From Narcine bancroftii (Eukaryota), in the NCBI RefSeq assembly GCF_036971445.1, contig NC_091472.1, positions 181,164,001-181,228,000 of the forward strand: a stretch of DNA of 64,000 bases. Direction: 5' to 3'. How positions within the stretch are numbered: position 1 is the first letter of the stretch; every line of letters starts with the position of its first letter. The notes below the pieces were generated by a model. It ran no database searches, was not told the origin of the DNA, and saw only the letters and a list, made by a program, of their open reading frames with translations. The position numbers and the translations under genes are program-made. This document shows positions 13,200-26,075 of this stretch, in pieces.

Positions 13200-13714
13200 C
13201 CAATACCATTTAGCATAAATCTCTCCAATAGGTAGTGGACACAGGCCAGGACAACACCAGCAAAAACATTCCCACTATCGAGAACATCTACAGGGAACGC
13301 TGCCTACAGAGAGCTACAGCAATCAGCAAGGGTCTACACCACCCAGCACAAGTTCTGTTGTCACTGCAGCCATCAAGAGGTCTAGGTTCCACAAGCCTCA
13401 CACCACCAGGTTGAGGAACAGCTGCTACCCCTCCACCATCAGATTCTTCAACAACAAATTAAATCAGGTACTTACTTAAAGACTCTTATGTACTTCATTA
13501 GTTTTTTTTAATTCTCTCTGTATTGCACAGTTTGTTTACATTCATTATCTTTTTACAATTCTTTATTTGTTTATATGTATACACTGTGTATTGTTTTTTT
13601 TTTGCACTACCAATAAGTGGCCATTCTGCCTCGCCCTCAGGAAAAAAAAGAATCTCAGGGTTGTATTTGATGTCATGTATGGATTCTGACAATAAATCGA
13701 AAATCTGAAATCTG
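13200..13714 (+). mobile_element. Rex1/Babar LINE 3' end
   Basis: RT C-terminal motifs (LHHPAQVLLSLQP..TTRLRNSCYPSTIR) and tail GACAATAAA-TCGAAAATCTGAAATCTGA; homologous to 46520-47112 and 26076-26840. Confidence 0.85.
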
Positions 13715-15011
13715 AGGAAATTAAATGGCGGAGGTATCCTTTTCCTTGGCAGCTCATGCTCACTGATTGGAGAGAAATTGCTTCAGGCACGCAATCCCTC
13801 CTGCTGTATTGAGGAAACGGTACCTGAACATGTAGACACTCCGGAAATCTGCCTTGTAGACAATTTGCCCTATTTCTTTTTACTATCTGGAGTGGCGCCA
13901 TTAAAATGCTTGGAGGGAGAGGTAAAAGGTACAGAGCTTGCCGAATCTAAATGTTTAATTATTGGATCACTATTCAACAAAGCATCATTAAATTGTCAAA
14001 TTCTTAGCATCCACAATACATCTGGAAGAAGTTTAGAAGTCAACGTACATTTGATTTATTTAACATACACAGGTTTTTCAGAGACTTCAACTGGTGGCCT
14101 GAAGAGTTACTTCAAGTGATTTATTTAAGGCAAAAAGACATGCTAAAAAACTATGTTCTGTTACAGATATAATGTGGACAACGATATTGGGTTCTCACTG
14201 ATGGAGAATTATCAAGGGAACTTCCCCTGAGCACAATGCAGTGTATTTCTAATACTGAGCTTGATTGTTGAAAGGTGACCTACAGATTTTCTGGGCTATC
14301 AGTGAGGTGCCAAGCCAGGAAGAAGTGATAATTGAGTACTAACAAATGTTCAATGAAATAAGTTTGTTACCAGTTTTGCACACTCTTATAGACAACGTTT
14401 CTTGACATTGCGGAGAAATATACCATAGAGTGACATTAAACTAACAAATTCAAAGCACACAGATTTATGATTTTTTTCCCCCTTAGCCTGTTACTGAATT
14501 TCATTTACTTCTTCCTATTTTCACTACTTTCCCCCAAAAAAGTATTAACTGGTGTCTTGTCCCGAACCTTTTGAAGCTCTCTGCTCCTTCAAGCTAGAGG
14601 TTGGATTTACTTTGTGTGTGCCTGCACAATGAATGTAAATTGACACATTCGGGGTAAGTGGTGGTGAGCTGGAGATAGAGTTATCCTCAATTCCTTCAAT
14701 ATTTCAAGAAGAATTTATCAGTATGGTTCAGAATTGAGTGTTATTAGGTCTAGCCCAATGATACTGAATAGCTTTAGCATCAGGTACAGAGCCCCATCTC
14801 AATCGAGACAACTCAAGACTGTGAAAACATCCACATTGCTTTGTTTGACTCACATTCACATTGGGGACTTGGCCCAAACTAATGCTATCTACAAGTCTAC
14901 AAGCAAAAGGAGCTTTCTATCAGGGTTTCTTCAGCAGAGTTGAGTTAGCTGAGAAGTATCAAAAAGCTTTATAATTCCTATCATTCTATTTATTTTCAAT
15001 TTTTAAAAAAC

Positions 15012-15243
15012 TAAATTTAGACATTTCCTTTCAAGCCGCGAGCCCACGCAACCCAACTACATCCATTGACCGACAAATCCTGGTGCGTTTTTGAATGGTA
15101 GGTAGAAACCGGAGCACCTGGAGGAAACCCACACAGATACAGGGAGAACATGCAAACTCCTTACAGAGAGTGCGGGATTTGAATCTAGACCATTGGCGCA
15201 GTAATGGTGATGTGCTGACCACTGCATTAATCGTCCCTCCATG
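15012..15243 (-). mobile_element. V-SINE/HE1-like SINE
   Basis: GAAACCGGAGCACCTGGAGGAAACCCACACAGATACAGGGAGAACATGCAAACTCC core. Confidence 0.85.
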
Positions 15244-15402
15244 TTGTCACGTTGTCAACATTGTCATGTTGTTACAATAGTTTATTTCTATCTTTACACT
15301 CCTAGAATTTTTTTTAGGCTATCTATCTTGACATTGCTGGAAAATACATCAAAGAGTAGCATCAAACTGCAGAACTCACAAGTCCAAGGGTATAAATACC
15401 TG

Positions 15403-15512
15403 GTGATGAAACACAAAAGTCTGCGGACACTGTGATTGTAGTAAATACACAAATTTGCTGGACAAACTCAACAGGTCACAGTGTCCTGCCTCCCTGCATT
15501 TTTGTGTATTTA
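15403..15512. repeat. Palindromic Penelope-tail-like element (short copy)
   Basis: GTAAATACACAAA...TTTGTGTATTTAC inverted arms; homologous to 22572-22730. Confidence 0.55.
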
Positions 15513-15880
15513 CATACTCTATGATTTTTTAAATTGAAATGTTTTAGCCCTGGAAGCAGCTTGTACTTCATTTTGTTTAAAGCTTCCCATCTTCTTTCTC
15601 TTTCAACACAGAAGCAACAACTGATCTTGAGCAAGGGTCAAAGACATTTGGATTTGCCTGGGTGGCTGGATTTGCCTTTGTGATTTTCCGAGATGTGTGT
15701 GCAGGTTTGCCCTCCAAGCACAAGGATGTCAGTGAACTTAGTTTGAAATGGGTGCCTGCTCCAGGTCTCTGACTTTGCCTCTCTTCACTCTGCACTCCAA
15801 GCTGCACAAAGACTCCACTCAATGGTCACCTCACCTAAAGAGGTGGAGCTATGACAAGAATTAATACTATTATTAATACA

Positions 15881-16110
15881 GGGTGGCACATTTGGCGTAG
15901 CGCTGGGCACAATGCCTTTACAGTGAACAGGACCGGGGTTCGAATCCTGCACTGTCTGTAAGGAGTTTGTACGTTCTCCCCATGTCTGTGTGGGTTTTCG
16001 CTGGAGCTTCCGGCTTCCCCCCACCATTCGAAAAGTACCAGGGGCCTAAATGACTCATGGGCCTAAATGGCCTGTTACTGTGCTGTATGTCTAAATTTAA
16101 ATTGAAAATT
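15881..16110 (+). mobile_element. V-SINE/HE1-like SINE, near full length
   Basis: tRNA-like head (TGGCGTAGCGCTGG A box, GGTTCGAATCC B box), GGAGTTTGTACGTTCTCCCC core, GGCCTGTTACTGTGCTGTATGTCTAAA tail. Confidence 0.88.
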
Positions 16111-18409
16111 TAAGTTAATTTCAGATTTCTATCCCTTTAATTCAGAAAAATGTAATCTCTTGGCCCAACAAATCTGCTCCAAATTAATCAGAAACAAAGT
16201 TTAGGCAGGTACATAGAATGGAAAAATTGAGAGGATATATCCCAAACATAGGCAAATGGAACGAGCTTGGCTAAGCAACTTCGCTGGCATGGACAAGTTG
16301 GGCTGAAGGGCTACTTATGTGCTGCAAAACACTATGACAAAAATTGTCAGTAATGTAGAGTAAATTTAAGGCTGCTTTTCCCATTTGATTTCTTGCTGAG
16401 TGGCAACTGCAACTGTAGGAAGGATCGGTTGTGCATTTTTGGACAATAATCATCTTTGATGCCACATGCTCTGTCCCCGAGCACATTACGTCCTAAGAAA
16501 GTCCCATTAACCCACTGTAGATTTCCAATCCTATTGCAAATAATTGACACTGCAATTCAAACCTGTAGCACTTGAAAGAATATCCACAGCTCATTAACAT
16601 TTTTTAACCATTAAGTTTGTTTGTAGTTTAATCAATTGTAATGGTTGGAAGCAAACCTGAATGTTGGCTAGTGAAATATCACAAAAATATTCTTAGCTTC
16701 ACACACGAGGATATTTTCTTGGAGGATATTTCAAACCGGGACATCTGACTGACTATCCCATTCATGCATTACACTTAAAAATTTTTATATGGAATTACCC
16801 TTCCCCTCCCCTCCTTTCTGGTCTCTGCTGTCACCAAACCCACTTTCTCACGTTGAGTTCCACCTCTTTGCGGAGTTGATCAAACCCCAGGTTTTTCCTG
16901 ATTTCTTTACTTCAGCACCTTTCTGCATTCAGTGGCTGGGATGCTTTGGCGTCGTCACTTTAGCCAATTATGGATTCGCCATGATGCCTGCGATTGGGAA
17001 TATCTGCTTCAGGGTATTTGACAAAATCTTGCTTGCCAAATTATTTCCCACTATGACTGAAAAAGCAAACCTCTCTGGAATAATAATTCACTCACCGATT
17101 CACATTAATCTCCACTTCTGAATTTCAATATGTACTGTCTGATGTGTTTTTAGTAGATGCAAAAGAGGATAAATAAATTCCTCCCTTGATGTTTGATTAT
17201 TATTGCAGTCTGATTATTAATACAAATACAGAAAACTCCCAGAGGTATGTTGAATAAGACTTGGAAACCTCACTTAAAATAGTTTCACAAGATTGTAAGA
17301 TTGACTGCACCCTGTCCCAAGATGCTTATTATCCTCTGTCTCTGAATGAGTAGGGTAAATAATTCGCTTTCTCTACCCAAGAGTTTATCAGGAATTTTGT
17401 AAGGATTTAATCAAGATCACTGGGGTCAATTTAGGGTCAGGCAGTCAGGAGCCATGGAAAGACCAAAGTACAAAAAAATACACTGGAAACCATACAAACA
17501 AAATTCATAAATGCAAGTTATCTGGTTAAAAAAGAGTTGTTCAGTAACTTTAGCAGCTTAAATATATGTTCTTATTGTGTAAATGCAGGTTTAACACCAT
17601 TAAAATTCTTTTTTTTTTCCTTACGAACTTTGATATTTGCAGTTTTGTGACCTGAATGATTAATGGTCTATTTTTGCTCTCGGTCTACTGAAGTGTAATA
17701 TTTTCATCAAGGATCTTTGGCAAGAGAGCCCTGCAAAATGTACAGAAAAAAAACAATTTACAAACAAAAAAGCAAAAATGCCAATGCAAGATGAAAAATG
17801 TCTCTCCGTCACCCTGTACAGAGTTATGGTATACTTCTTTGGAGCACAGTAGCTAAAATAATTAAAGTCAGCTGACCCCGCTGGTTCATTTCACCTCAGA
17901 TTTGGGCGCCAGGACTTTATCACTGAGAAAATGAGCAATTCTCCCAAAAGCTCAGTGGGATTTATGAGCGACCTGGTACCTCTCAAGCAGATTAAAGACA
18001 GGCTGAAGCAAAACCTTATGGCCTTCAAAAAGCAGTCTGTGGTTCTCAAAGATATGAGAAGCATGTTTCCCCTTTGCATGCTCACTCCAGGTTTCATATA
18101 ATTCATTATAGCACAAAAACTCAGCTATTTAGCCCAACTTGCCTGCATCAGAGAGTTCTGTTTCACAGGAATCTTCTTCCTCTTATTTAGTTACACTCTA
18201 TCCGCAGAAGCTTCCATCCCTTTCTATATTTTATACTCCACATGCCAATCCTCTTGTTAATTGCCTCAATTTCTCTCCAGCCTGTCATATCCGCATTCAG
18301 CAATAGTTCCAGCTTTGTTGATAAAAGGAAAGAATAGGAAAACAAATGTGTTAATCTGCCTCTTTTTCTATAGTTATTATCTAACATCCAACAATTCAAT
18401 AGGAAAGAT

Positions 18410-18655
18410 AAATCAGAATCTATTGTCATGAACAAGTCACAAAATTTGTTGTTTTGTGGCAGCGTCATAAGTGCAAACCTTCATATAAATCACCTGACAA
18501 CAATAAATAAAAATAGTGCATGTACAGTCAAAGTAGAGCAGCGACTTTTTGGTTATGTACCTTCCAGGTATCTGATGGCAGCAGGGAAGAAGCTGACCTT
18601 GTGCCGCTGAGTGCTCGCTTTTGTACCTGCCATCAAGATCCTTTTCCAAATGTCA
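18410..18655 (-). mobile_element. Rex1/Babar 3' fragment
   Basis: TCAGAATCTATTGTCATG tail and GGGAAGAAGCTG..GTGCTCGCTTTTGTACCTG end-of-RT sequence. Confidence 0.6.
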
Positions 18656-18954
18656 TCTGATTCCTGAACATCTTGCAACCAATACATTTTCAATAATTTT
18701 TACTTCAGTAACAATCTATCATTTCACTTCTTAAATTTTCTTTTGTAGTTTTCTGGACAAGAACATAATCCATCACAGCAGCCTCTCTCAAAAGACTAAA
18801 ACCTGTGTGACTACAGACCTGTTTTTATTTAATCTTATGACAAGATGTAAATATCAACACCTATATTTTATATGAAGCGTTCACAGGGACTGATCAGGTC
18901 CATTTAAATCACTTCATGCATTTGTGCGTTATTTTAATATTCCCTTGAAGGAAT

Positions 18955-20550
18955 GTGTATGCAGGGTGTACCAGTTCCACCGGGTTCCTTTTGGGGTCAC
19001 GATCGGGGTCTACTTCTTCCAGCAGGAGATGAGTCGCATGGTAGACCAGCATAAGGTAAAGGCGATGTTCCCATATCTGGATAATGTCACTATCTGTGGC
19101 CGTGACCAGCAGGACCACGATGCTAACCTGGAAAAATTCCTCCAGACGGCCGCGGAGCTGAACCTCACTTAAAAAAATGAGAAATATGTGTTCAGCACCA
19201 CCCGCCTTGCCATCCTGGGGTACATCATGACCCATGGAGTCGTCGGCCCAGATCTGGAAAGGATGCACCCATTAATGGAGTTACCTCTTTCCCCCCACCC
19301 CCCCCATCAAGCTAAAGGCCCTCCGCAGGTGCCTGGGCCTTTTCTCATTACTCGCAGAGGGTCCTTCACTTCTTGGACAAGGTCCGCCCACTGGCCCAAG
19401 CCACAACATTTCCCCTCACACCTGAGGCACAGGCAGCCTTCACTGCATCAGGCAAGACATCACAGACTGCAGGCTGTGGATGAGGACTTCCCCTTCCAGG
19501 TGGAGAGCGATGCCTCCAAGCTGGCCCTCGCTGCTACCCTCAATCAAGGAGGGGCACCCTGTCGCCTTCTTTTCCAGGACCATCCACGGCTCCGAGCTAG
19601 GGCACTCCACCTTTGAAACGGAGGCCCCGGGCGATTGTGGAAGCAGTCCACCATTGGCGCCACTACCTGGCCAGCAGGAGATTCACACTCCTCACGAACT
19701 AGCGGGCCATGGCGTTCATGTTTAACACTTCCCACAAGAGCAAGATAAAGAATGACAAGATCCTGCACTGGAGAGTCGAGCTGGCAACCTACAGCTATGA
19801 CATCCAATACTGCCCTGGGAAGTTTAACAACTCCCCTGATGCACTCTCTCACACCTGCGCATCTATGCATGATGACAGGTTGCAGGCATTGCATGAGTCC
19901 CTCTGCCATTCGGGCATCACCTGGTTGTACCATTTTGTTAAATCCCGAAATCTGCTATACACCATCAGGGACGTCAAGGACATGACCGAGGCCTGTCGGG
20001 TCTGTGCGGTCTAAACCCTGCTTCTTCTGTGCCTCCCCCACAGACCCACATTGTAAAGTCTCAGCATGGACTTCAAAGGGTCCCTGCCTTCCACGAACCG
20101 AAACGTCTACTTCCTCACGGTAGTGGACGAGTACTCATGCTTCCCTTTCGCCATTCCTTGTCTGGACACCTCTATGGCAGTGGCAGGGAGGATACCATGT
20201 CAACCAGGGACTTGGCACCAGCAGAAGCACCCACCACATCATGCCACCCTCCAACCCAGGACGAAGCTGACCGGGCATACACCCCCATCCCCATGCAGCT
20301 ATGGGGCACACAGGGCCTCCTTGACCACCAGGAGCCATTTCAGCCTTAGGAGACGAACGCCCCCCCCCCCACCCATCCAATACACCCACATACGTCGACC
20401 CCAGCCCCCCTGGCCACCCCTCCGCGCAACACACCAGCCACACACACCCTTGTGGCCAGCCCCCCCACTTCCCCTCTGACCAGTGACCAGGAGCCAGTCC
20501 TACGACGGTCACAGAGACCCCAGTGGCTGCTGAATTGTCTCAGCCTGTAA
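18955..20550 (+). pseudogene. Gypsy pol remnant (RT, RNase H, integrase zinc finger and core start), frameshifted and internally deleted
   Basis: YQFHRVPFGV..FPYLDNVTICG (RT), FQVESDASKLALAATLNQ/PVAFFSRT (RNase H), HESLCHSG..CRVC (HHCC), MDFKGSLP..FLTVVDEYS (IN). Confidence 0.92.
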
Positions 20551-20579
20551 ATATTGTGTGTACATAGTTGGCTGTGGTT

Positions 20580-20771
20580 GCAGCAACTCTGAGCGAGGCC
20601 TCGGGAGGCCGGCGCAGGCTTATATCCCAGAGGGTGATTGACACCCGATTGGGTGGGGCTTGATCCATTCAGGCCGACTGATTGACAACCGGCCAGGTGT
20701 TGTCCTATCCCCTTACACTCCTGCAGGTACAGAGGTAGCCCCCTGCAGTAGGCCGGTGGTGTACCACCACA
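20580..20771 (-). mobile_element. LTR fragment
   Basis: Minus strand begins TGTGGTGGTACACC and has a TATA-like GATATAAG; GC-rich. Confidence 0.4.
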
Positions 20772-21269
20772 GAGGGTATGAAGGACGTCAGTGCTAGAGG
20801 ATAGGCACCCCTTTGCTCTGCAATGCCAGGTGGAGAAATGTGAAATGACACTGAGAACCAGTTAACATTGGTCCAGTGTGAACGGCCAAAAAAGAAATCG
20901 CTATTTTGAATTTCGCTGATTTATTGTGTAAAAAAGCACGACTGATTCTATACCTGAAATGTACCATTTGCCTTCTGAAGCTTATCCTTTTGCAGCAACT
21001 GCTGAGCTTCTGATAATGTGAATGACTTACATCAATTGAGCACTTGTCATGACTCAGCCAATTATAGTGTGGTCATTTATGTAAAGCAGTAATAATTGCA
21101 AACAGTGTTTACATAAATTACCCACAAACAGCAATAGGATCATCATTATCTGAATTGTTTTTCAATGATATTGGTATAATATATTTTATGCATGTTTCTG
21201 GTCTGTATTCCAAGATTCATTGAAAACACTGCCCTCTCCTGACTTAGCATTTAACTACAAAATTGATTG

Positions 21270-21790
21270 GAGACAAAAGATGCTGGAATCTGAAGCAAAG
21301 CTGCTGTGGTTGACCAAATTCCTTGGAGGCAAAGGTATAGTTGATATATTGGGTCAAAGCTCCTGGATCAGGTCTAAGAGTACAGAGCAAGGATAGCCTG
21401 TATGTAGATGTGATACTGTAAGATGTGACAGAGGATGGAAAGTGACAGGTGGAACCAGATGAGGAGCTGGATGATGCACAGATGAAGCCAGGTGGAAGAG
21501 GGGAGGGGGAGTGTTGAGGTGCAAGCTGGTAGACATTAGAAAAGGCAAAATAATCTGCACATGGAACTAGGGGAGAGAAAGGGACAGGGAAGAACAGAGA
21601 CAAAAGCTCTATCACCAGGTGATTAGTTAAACCAGATAAAGAAGGGATGATGGAACCAAATGGAGGATGATGGGTTTATATTCTGGGATTGAAGTGGAAA
21701 AGGTGAACAAGGGATGACACCATGGCTAGACCGGGAGGAAGTGGAAAATGAAGATGGCGGGTGATGTTCAGTTACCTGAAATTGGATTAC
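21270..21790 (-). mobile_element. Penelope-like retroelement terminal region
   Basis: AGATGCTGGAATCTG..GCTGCTG terminal motif, decayed hammerhead-like core at 21340-21372, purine-rich tract. Confidence 0.5.
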
Positions 21791-22571
21791 AAAGCAAGGT
21801 TAATTCAGTGTAAACTTCAATGAGTGACTATTGTTTACTTCATAAATCCTTTGGAGACTGTCTTACTAATTATGAATTTCATTCTTTGTATTTATTGAAA
21901 ATTCTGCCATTATTTTGTAGGAACATTGCTCCAAGTCTCCCATCAATTCCTTGTCTTCATCTGGCAATGTATGAATTCCTGTGAGACTAAGACTGAACTA
22001 GAAATGATTTACAATTACATTATTATTCTGATGTACATGTGCAGTGTTTGGTATGAAGCTCGATGAAACCTTTAGGAGTGTAAATGGAGTGTAAAGTAAT
22101 TATCCAAAACAGATTACACACTAGTGCCATTTGACTTCAGATTGTAGGCTTGTATGATTAATTGTAACATTTAATATAGTTATTTATTTCTGATGTAAAA
22201 ATAGAAAATGCTGGAAATACTCAGCTGGTCATAGAATGTCTGGAGAAAGGAAAATCATCAAAAATTAAGTTGGCCTTGGAGTCAGAAGAGAAAACCAAGA
22301 ATTGACCAGTAAATAAATAATACTGCATTTTGAAAATTATAAGTTATGAAAAATGACAATATTCTTTCCTCCTTTGCAGCCAGAGAGTGAAGGAAGATTT
22401 TGCTCAGAACTAATTGAAGATTAGGGTTAACAGTTACTCATTGAGTACATTATATATGCTATAAATTTGATAAATTATAATGCAGTTTTTTTGGACTATT
22501 CGTGTTGTTACATCTCAAACAGAAATGCATTGTGTAAAAGTGTGAAAGTTTTACACTTGTTCTATTTAAAA

Positions 22572-22730
22572 AAAAACCAGAAATTTTGGAGGAACTCAGC
22601 AGGTCTCGCCACCTCCATAGGAGGTAAAGATATATTTACCTCCTTCGGATACAGCAAGACCTGCGGAATACCTGCAGCATTTCTGGGTTTTGTTTACAAT
22701 CACAGCATCTGCAGACTTTTGTGTTCCACT
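22572..22730. repeat. Palindromic Penelope-tail-like element
   Basis: Nested arms GCAGGTCT/AGACCTGC and GGAGGTAAA/TTTACCTCC; CAGCATCTGCAGACTTTTGTG end. Confidence 0.6.
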
Positions 22731-23079
22731 ACACTTGTTCTAGAACTAGATCAGATTAGAAAAATGCTGGTCTCTTGAATGGTTGATCAAAATATTTTGG
22801 ATTGTTTTTTAACAAATTAAATACAGAGTTTTATCGATATAGAGCATGGATAATGTAAAATGGATAAAATCAGGTAAGTTTGATGCAGATATGATTGATT
22901 TATTACCATAAAACCTGGGCAATAGAATTTTTAGAAGATTAAGGATGATTTTATTTGAACTAAAGGTACAAAAATAGAACCATGATTGATAGAAAAGAGA
23001 TGAAAGGAAACATGATCAACTTCCTCGCAATAGTAAAAACCTGAAGGAGTCAGGAGAAAGAATCAGTCGTAGAATCAAG

Positions 23080-25148
23080 TTGACCACTGACTTACATCTG
23101 CATGTACTTCTTATCCGACTACTGACATGATATTCCCTCGGAACTTGAGGGAGACTACTGCAGAAATTGCAGGGGCCCTGGAAGAAATATTTAAAATGTC
23201 CTTAGCCACAGGTGAGGTGCCAGACGATTGGAGGGTAGCTTGTGTTGTTCTGTTGTTTAAAAAAGCTTTCAAAATTAAACCATGATATTACAGACCAGTG
23301 AGCCTGGCATCAGTAGAATGTAGATTATAGGATGGTGTTCTGAGAGATCGGATTTACAAGAATTTGGACAGCCAAGGACTGATTAAGGAAAGTCAGCACG
23401 GCTTTGTGTGAGGTAGGTCGTGTTTAACAAATCTTAGAGTATTTTGAGGAGGTTACCAAGAAAGTAGATGAAGGAAAGGGTGTGGATGTTAGTAAGGCTT
23501 TTGACAAGATCCCACATGGGAGGTTAGTTTAGAAGGTTCAGACACTAGGTACCAATGGAGAGGTTGCAAAATGGATTCGAAATCGGCTGAATGGGAGAAG
23601 ACAGAGAGTGATAGTGGATGGGACTGGAGGCCTGTGATTAGTGGTGTATCTCAGGGATCTGTACTGGGACCATGGTTGTTTGTTTTTCAGTGATCTGGAT
23701 GGTAATGTAGTCAATTGTATGAGCAAGTTTGCTGATGACACTAAGATTGGAGGCGTTGTGGACAGCGAGGAAGGATATCAAAGCTTGCAGAGGGCTCTGG
23801 TCTAACTGGAAAAAAATGGGACAGAAAATGGCAGATGGAATTTGTGAAATATAACATGTTCACAATCACAATCACAATCACTTATCAGGAGACAAAGTCT
23901 TGGAGAACAAGTTCTGTTTTATTTCAGGTCTGCAGAGCCGGGTGTCTCTTAGTCCCAAGACCCACTGGAGATTTAAAATCATCACTCTTTTGTACAATTC
24001 CACACTTAGCAAAGACACCTCCCCTTACAGCTCCTTCCAATCGGGACCCCAATATTTCACAGCCTTCCCATTTCTCTTCCCATCCTCCCCAATTCTACAG
24101 GGTTCCTCCTTGTTCATCCATGGCATGTTATGTTAATCAGGCAGCCTTGTTACTGGGGGTGTCCAGGTTAATATTTATATTTTCATTAAGCAAGCACAGT
24201 AGTGACTGCAGGTTACCCTAGGTTATTTTGCCAGTTTAAACCAGCCAATTCATTGTCCTTGAAGATTCTGATACACAAACTATTAGCTAACTGTCTCAAG
24301 TGCTAATCTAATCACGTTCCACTACTTCTCACAGTGGTGCTAGTTTAATCACATTCCACCACTCTTCACAGAATTGAATGCAGACAAGCATAAGTTGTTG
24401 TGTTTTGGAAGGACAAACCAAGGCAGGACATGCAAAGTAAATGGTAGGGCACTGAGGAGTTCAGAGGAACAAAGGAATACATAATTCCCTGAAAATGGCA
24501 TCACAGAAAAAAAGGGTTGTAAAGAAAGATTTTGGCATCTTGACCTTCATAAATCAAAGTATTGAGTACAGGAGTTGGGATGTTATGGTGAGATTGTTTA
24601 AGACATTGGTGAGGCCAAATTTCGAGATTTATGTGCAGTTCTGGTCACCTAACTACAGGAAGGGTATCAGTAAGATTGAAAGAGTGCAGAAAAGATTTAC
24701 TAGGATGTTACCAGATCTTCAGGAATTGAGTTACAGGGAAAGATTAAACAGGTTAGGACTTTGTTCCTTGCAGACTAGAAGAATGAGGAAGACTTAATAG
24801 AGGTTTACAAAATTACGAGGGGTATAGACAGAGTAAATGCAAGTAGATTCTTTTCAATTAGATTAGGAGAGATAAATACAAGAGGACATGGCTTTAGGGT
24901 GAAAGGGGAAAGATTTAGGTAGAACATTAGGGGGAACCTCTTCACTCAGAGAATGGTGGAAGTGTGGAATGAGCTGAATGTGGGCTCACTTTTAAGTTTT
25001 AAGAATAAATTGGATGTGTATATGGATGGGAGAGGTCTGGAGGGTTATGGAATGGGTGCAGGTCAGTGGGACGAGCGGAATGATGCTTTGGCACAGACTA
25101 GAAGGGTTGACTGGCCTGTTTCCCGTCCTGCAGTTTTCCATGGTTCTA
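23080..25148 (+). mobile_element. CR1 LINE, 5'-truncated ORF2 (RT) plus 3' end, interrupted by a solo LTR
   Basis: PDDWRVA..YRPVSL, SQHGF, SKAFDKIPH, SQGSVLGP, SKFADDTKIGG, LVRPNFEIYVQFWSP motifs; 3' GGCCTGTTTCC tail. Confidence 0.93.
23843..24370. mobile_element. Solo LTR (528 bp) with 5-bp TSD GAATT
   Basis: TGTGAA...TTCACA termini flanked by GAATT at 23838-23842 and 24371-24375; removal restores the CR1 ..ATGGAATTGAATGCAGACAAG. Confidence 0.88.
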
Positions 25149-26075
25149 CTTGGCAATGGATCATTGTATTGACTGGGAATAAATTAAAGGGCTAAATCAA
25201 AAGGTTGCATTGAATGGAATCCAAAACCTCATAAGGTAACAGTCGTCTTGACTTAGAATAATTTACAGACCATTCCAATATATGCTCCAATTATATCTCA
25301 CAAACAAGAAATAGAATGGCCAGCTAATTTGTTTAGTCTAAGGGAGTTATAGGTCTGGAGGCTTCTTGCCCTCTGGTCTGGCTCAACAAAGAAGAGTAAA
25401 GCATGTGCTTAAAGTCAGTTTTACTATTTGAATTTCCTGCACACAATATTGTCAGAGGCAAAACATTTCCAGTAGAAATGATTAAATTGAGACAAATTTT
25501 ATGCTGTTCCCCAGCACTTGATATGTATTTAGTCTCAGGCCCATTTTAATTGACAAGCTGAGGATTTTTCCCGACTGCTGTCCCAGCATTCTACCTCCTA
25601 TTCATCCATTGGTATGACTGGGTAACTCAGCTGTGTTCTCCTTAGTCACAAGCTAATGTTATCATCTTTCAATATGGTTACCTTGTTGCATGCACTTATG
25701 TTGCAAGCTTCTGATGGTAAATGGTCCTTCACCTGCTATAAGACAAAATAGAGCAATCCAATTAGTTCTGATAGTTATTTTACAGCTATTCCAACACTAA
25801 TAGTGTTATTTTTAAATCCATGTTTGGGGAATGCCACAGTCCTTCAAATCTTTCCTAATTACAACAAAATATTTCAAGCATGTTATCAGATTAAACACAT
25901 GCACACTGCCAGTTTTGCACTCTCCACACATGTACAAATATTAATTAGCATCAAAATACCTATTTTCCATGAGGTTTATAATCATAAATAACTGATGAAT
26001 ATAATAGTCACCTTCCATCCCTCGTGCCATATATTAGTAGACGATGGATAGGTCTAGTCAGAAACTCATATCAAA

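Noticed and set aside
15881-15960. tRNA gene
   Set aside because: The A/B boxes belong to a multi-copy SINE head and run into the V-SINE core; no complete cloverleaf.
21340-21372. Hammerhead ribozyme in Penelope-like terminus (also ~7540-7566)
   Set aside because: The catalytic core is mutated (CTGATCC.. instead of CTGATGA; GAAA lost), so it is at best a fossil.
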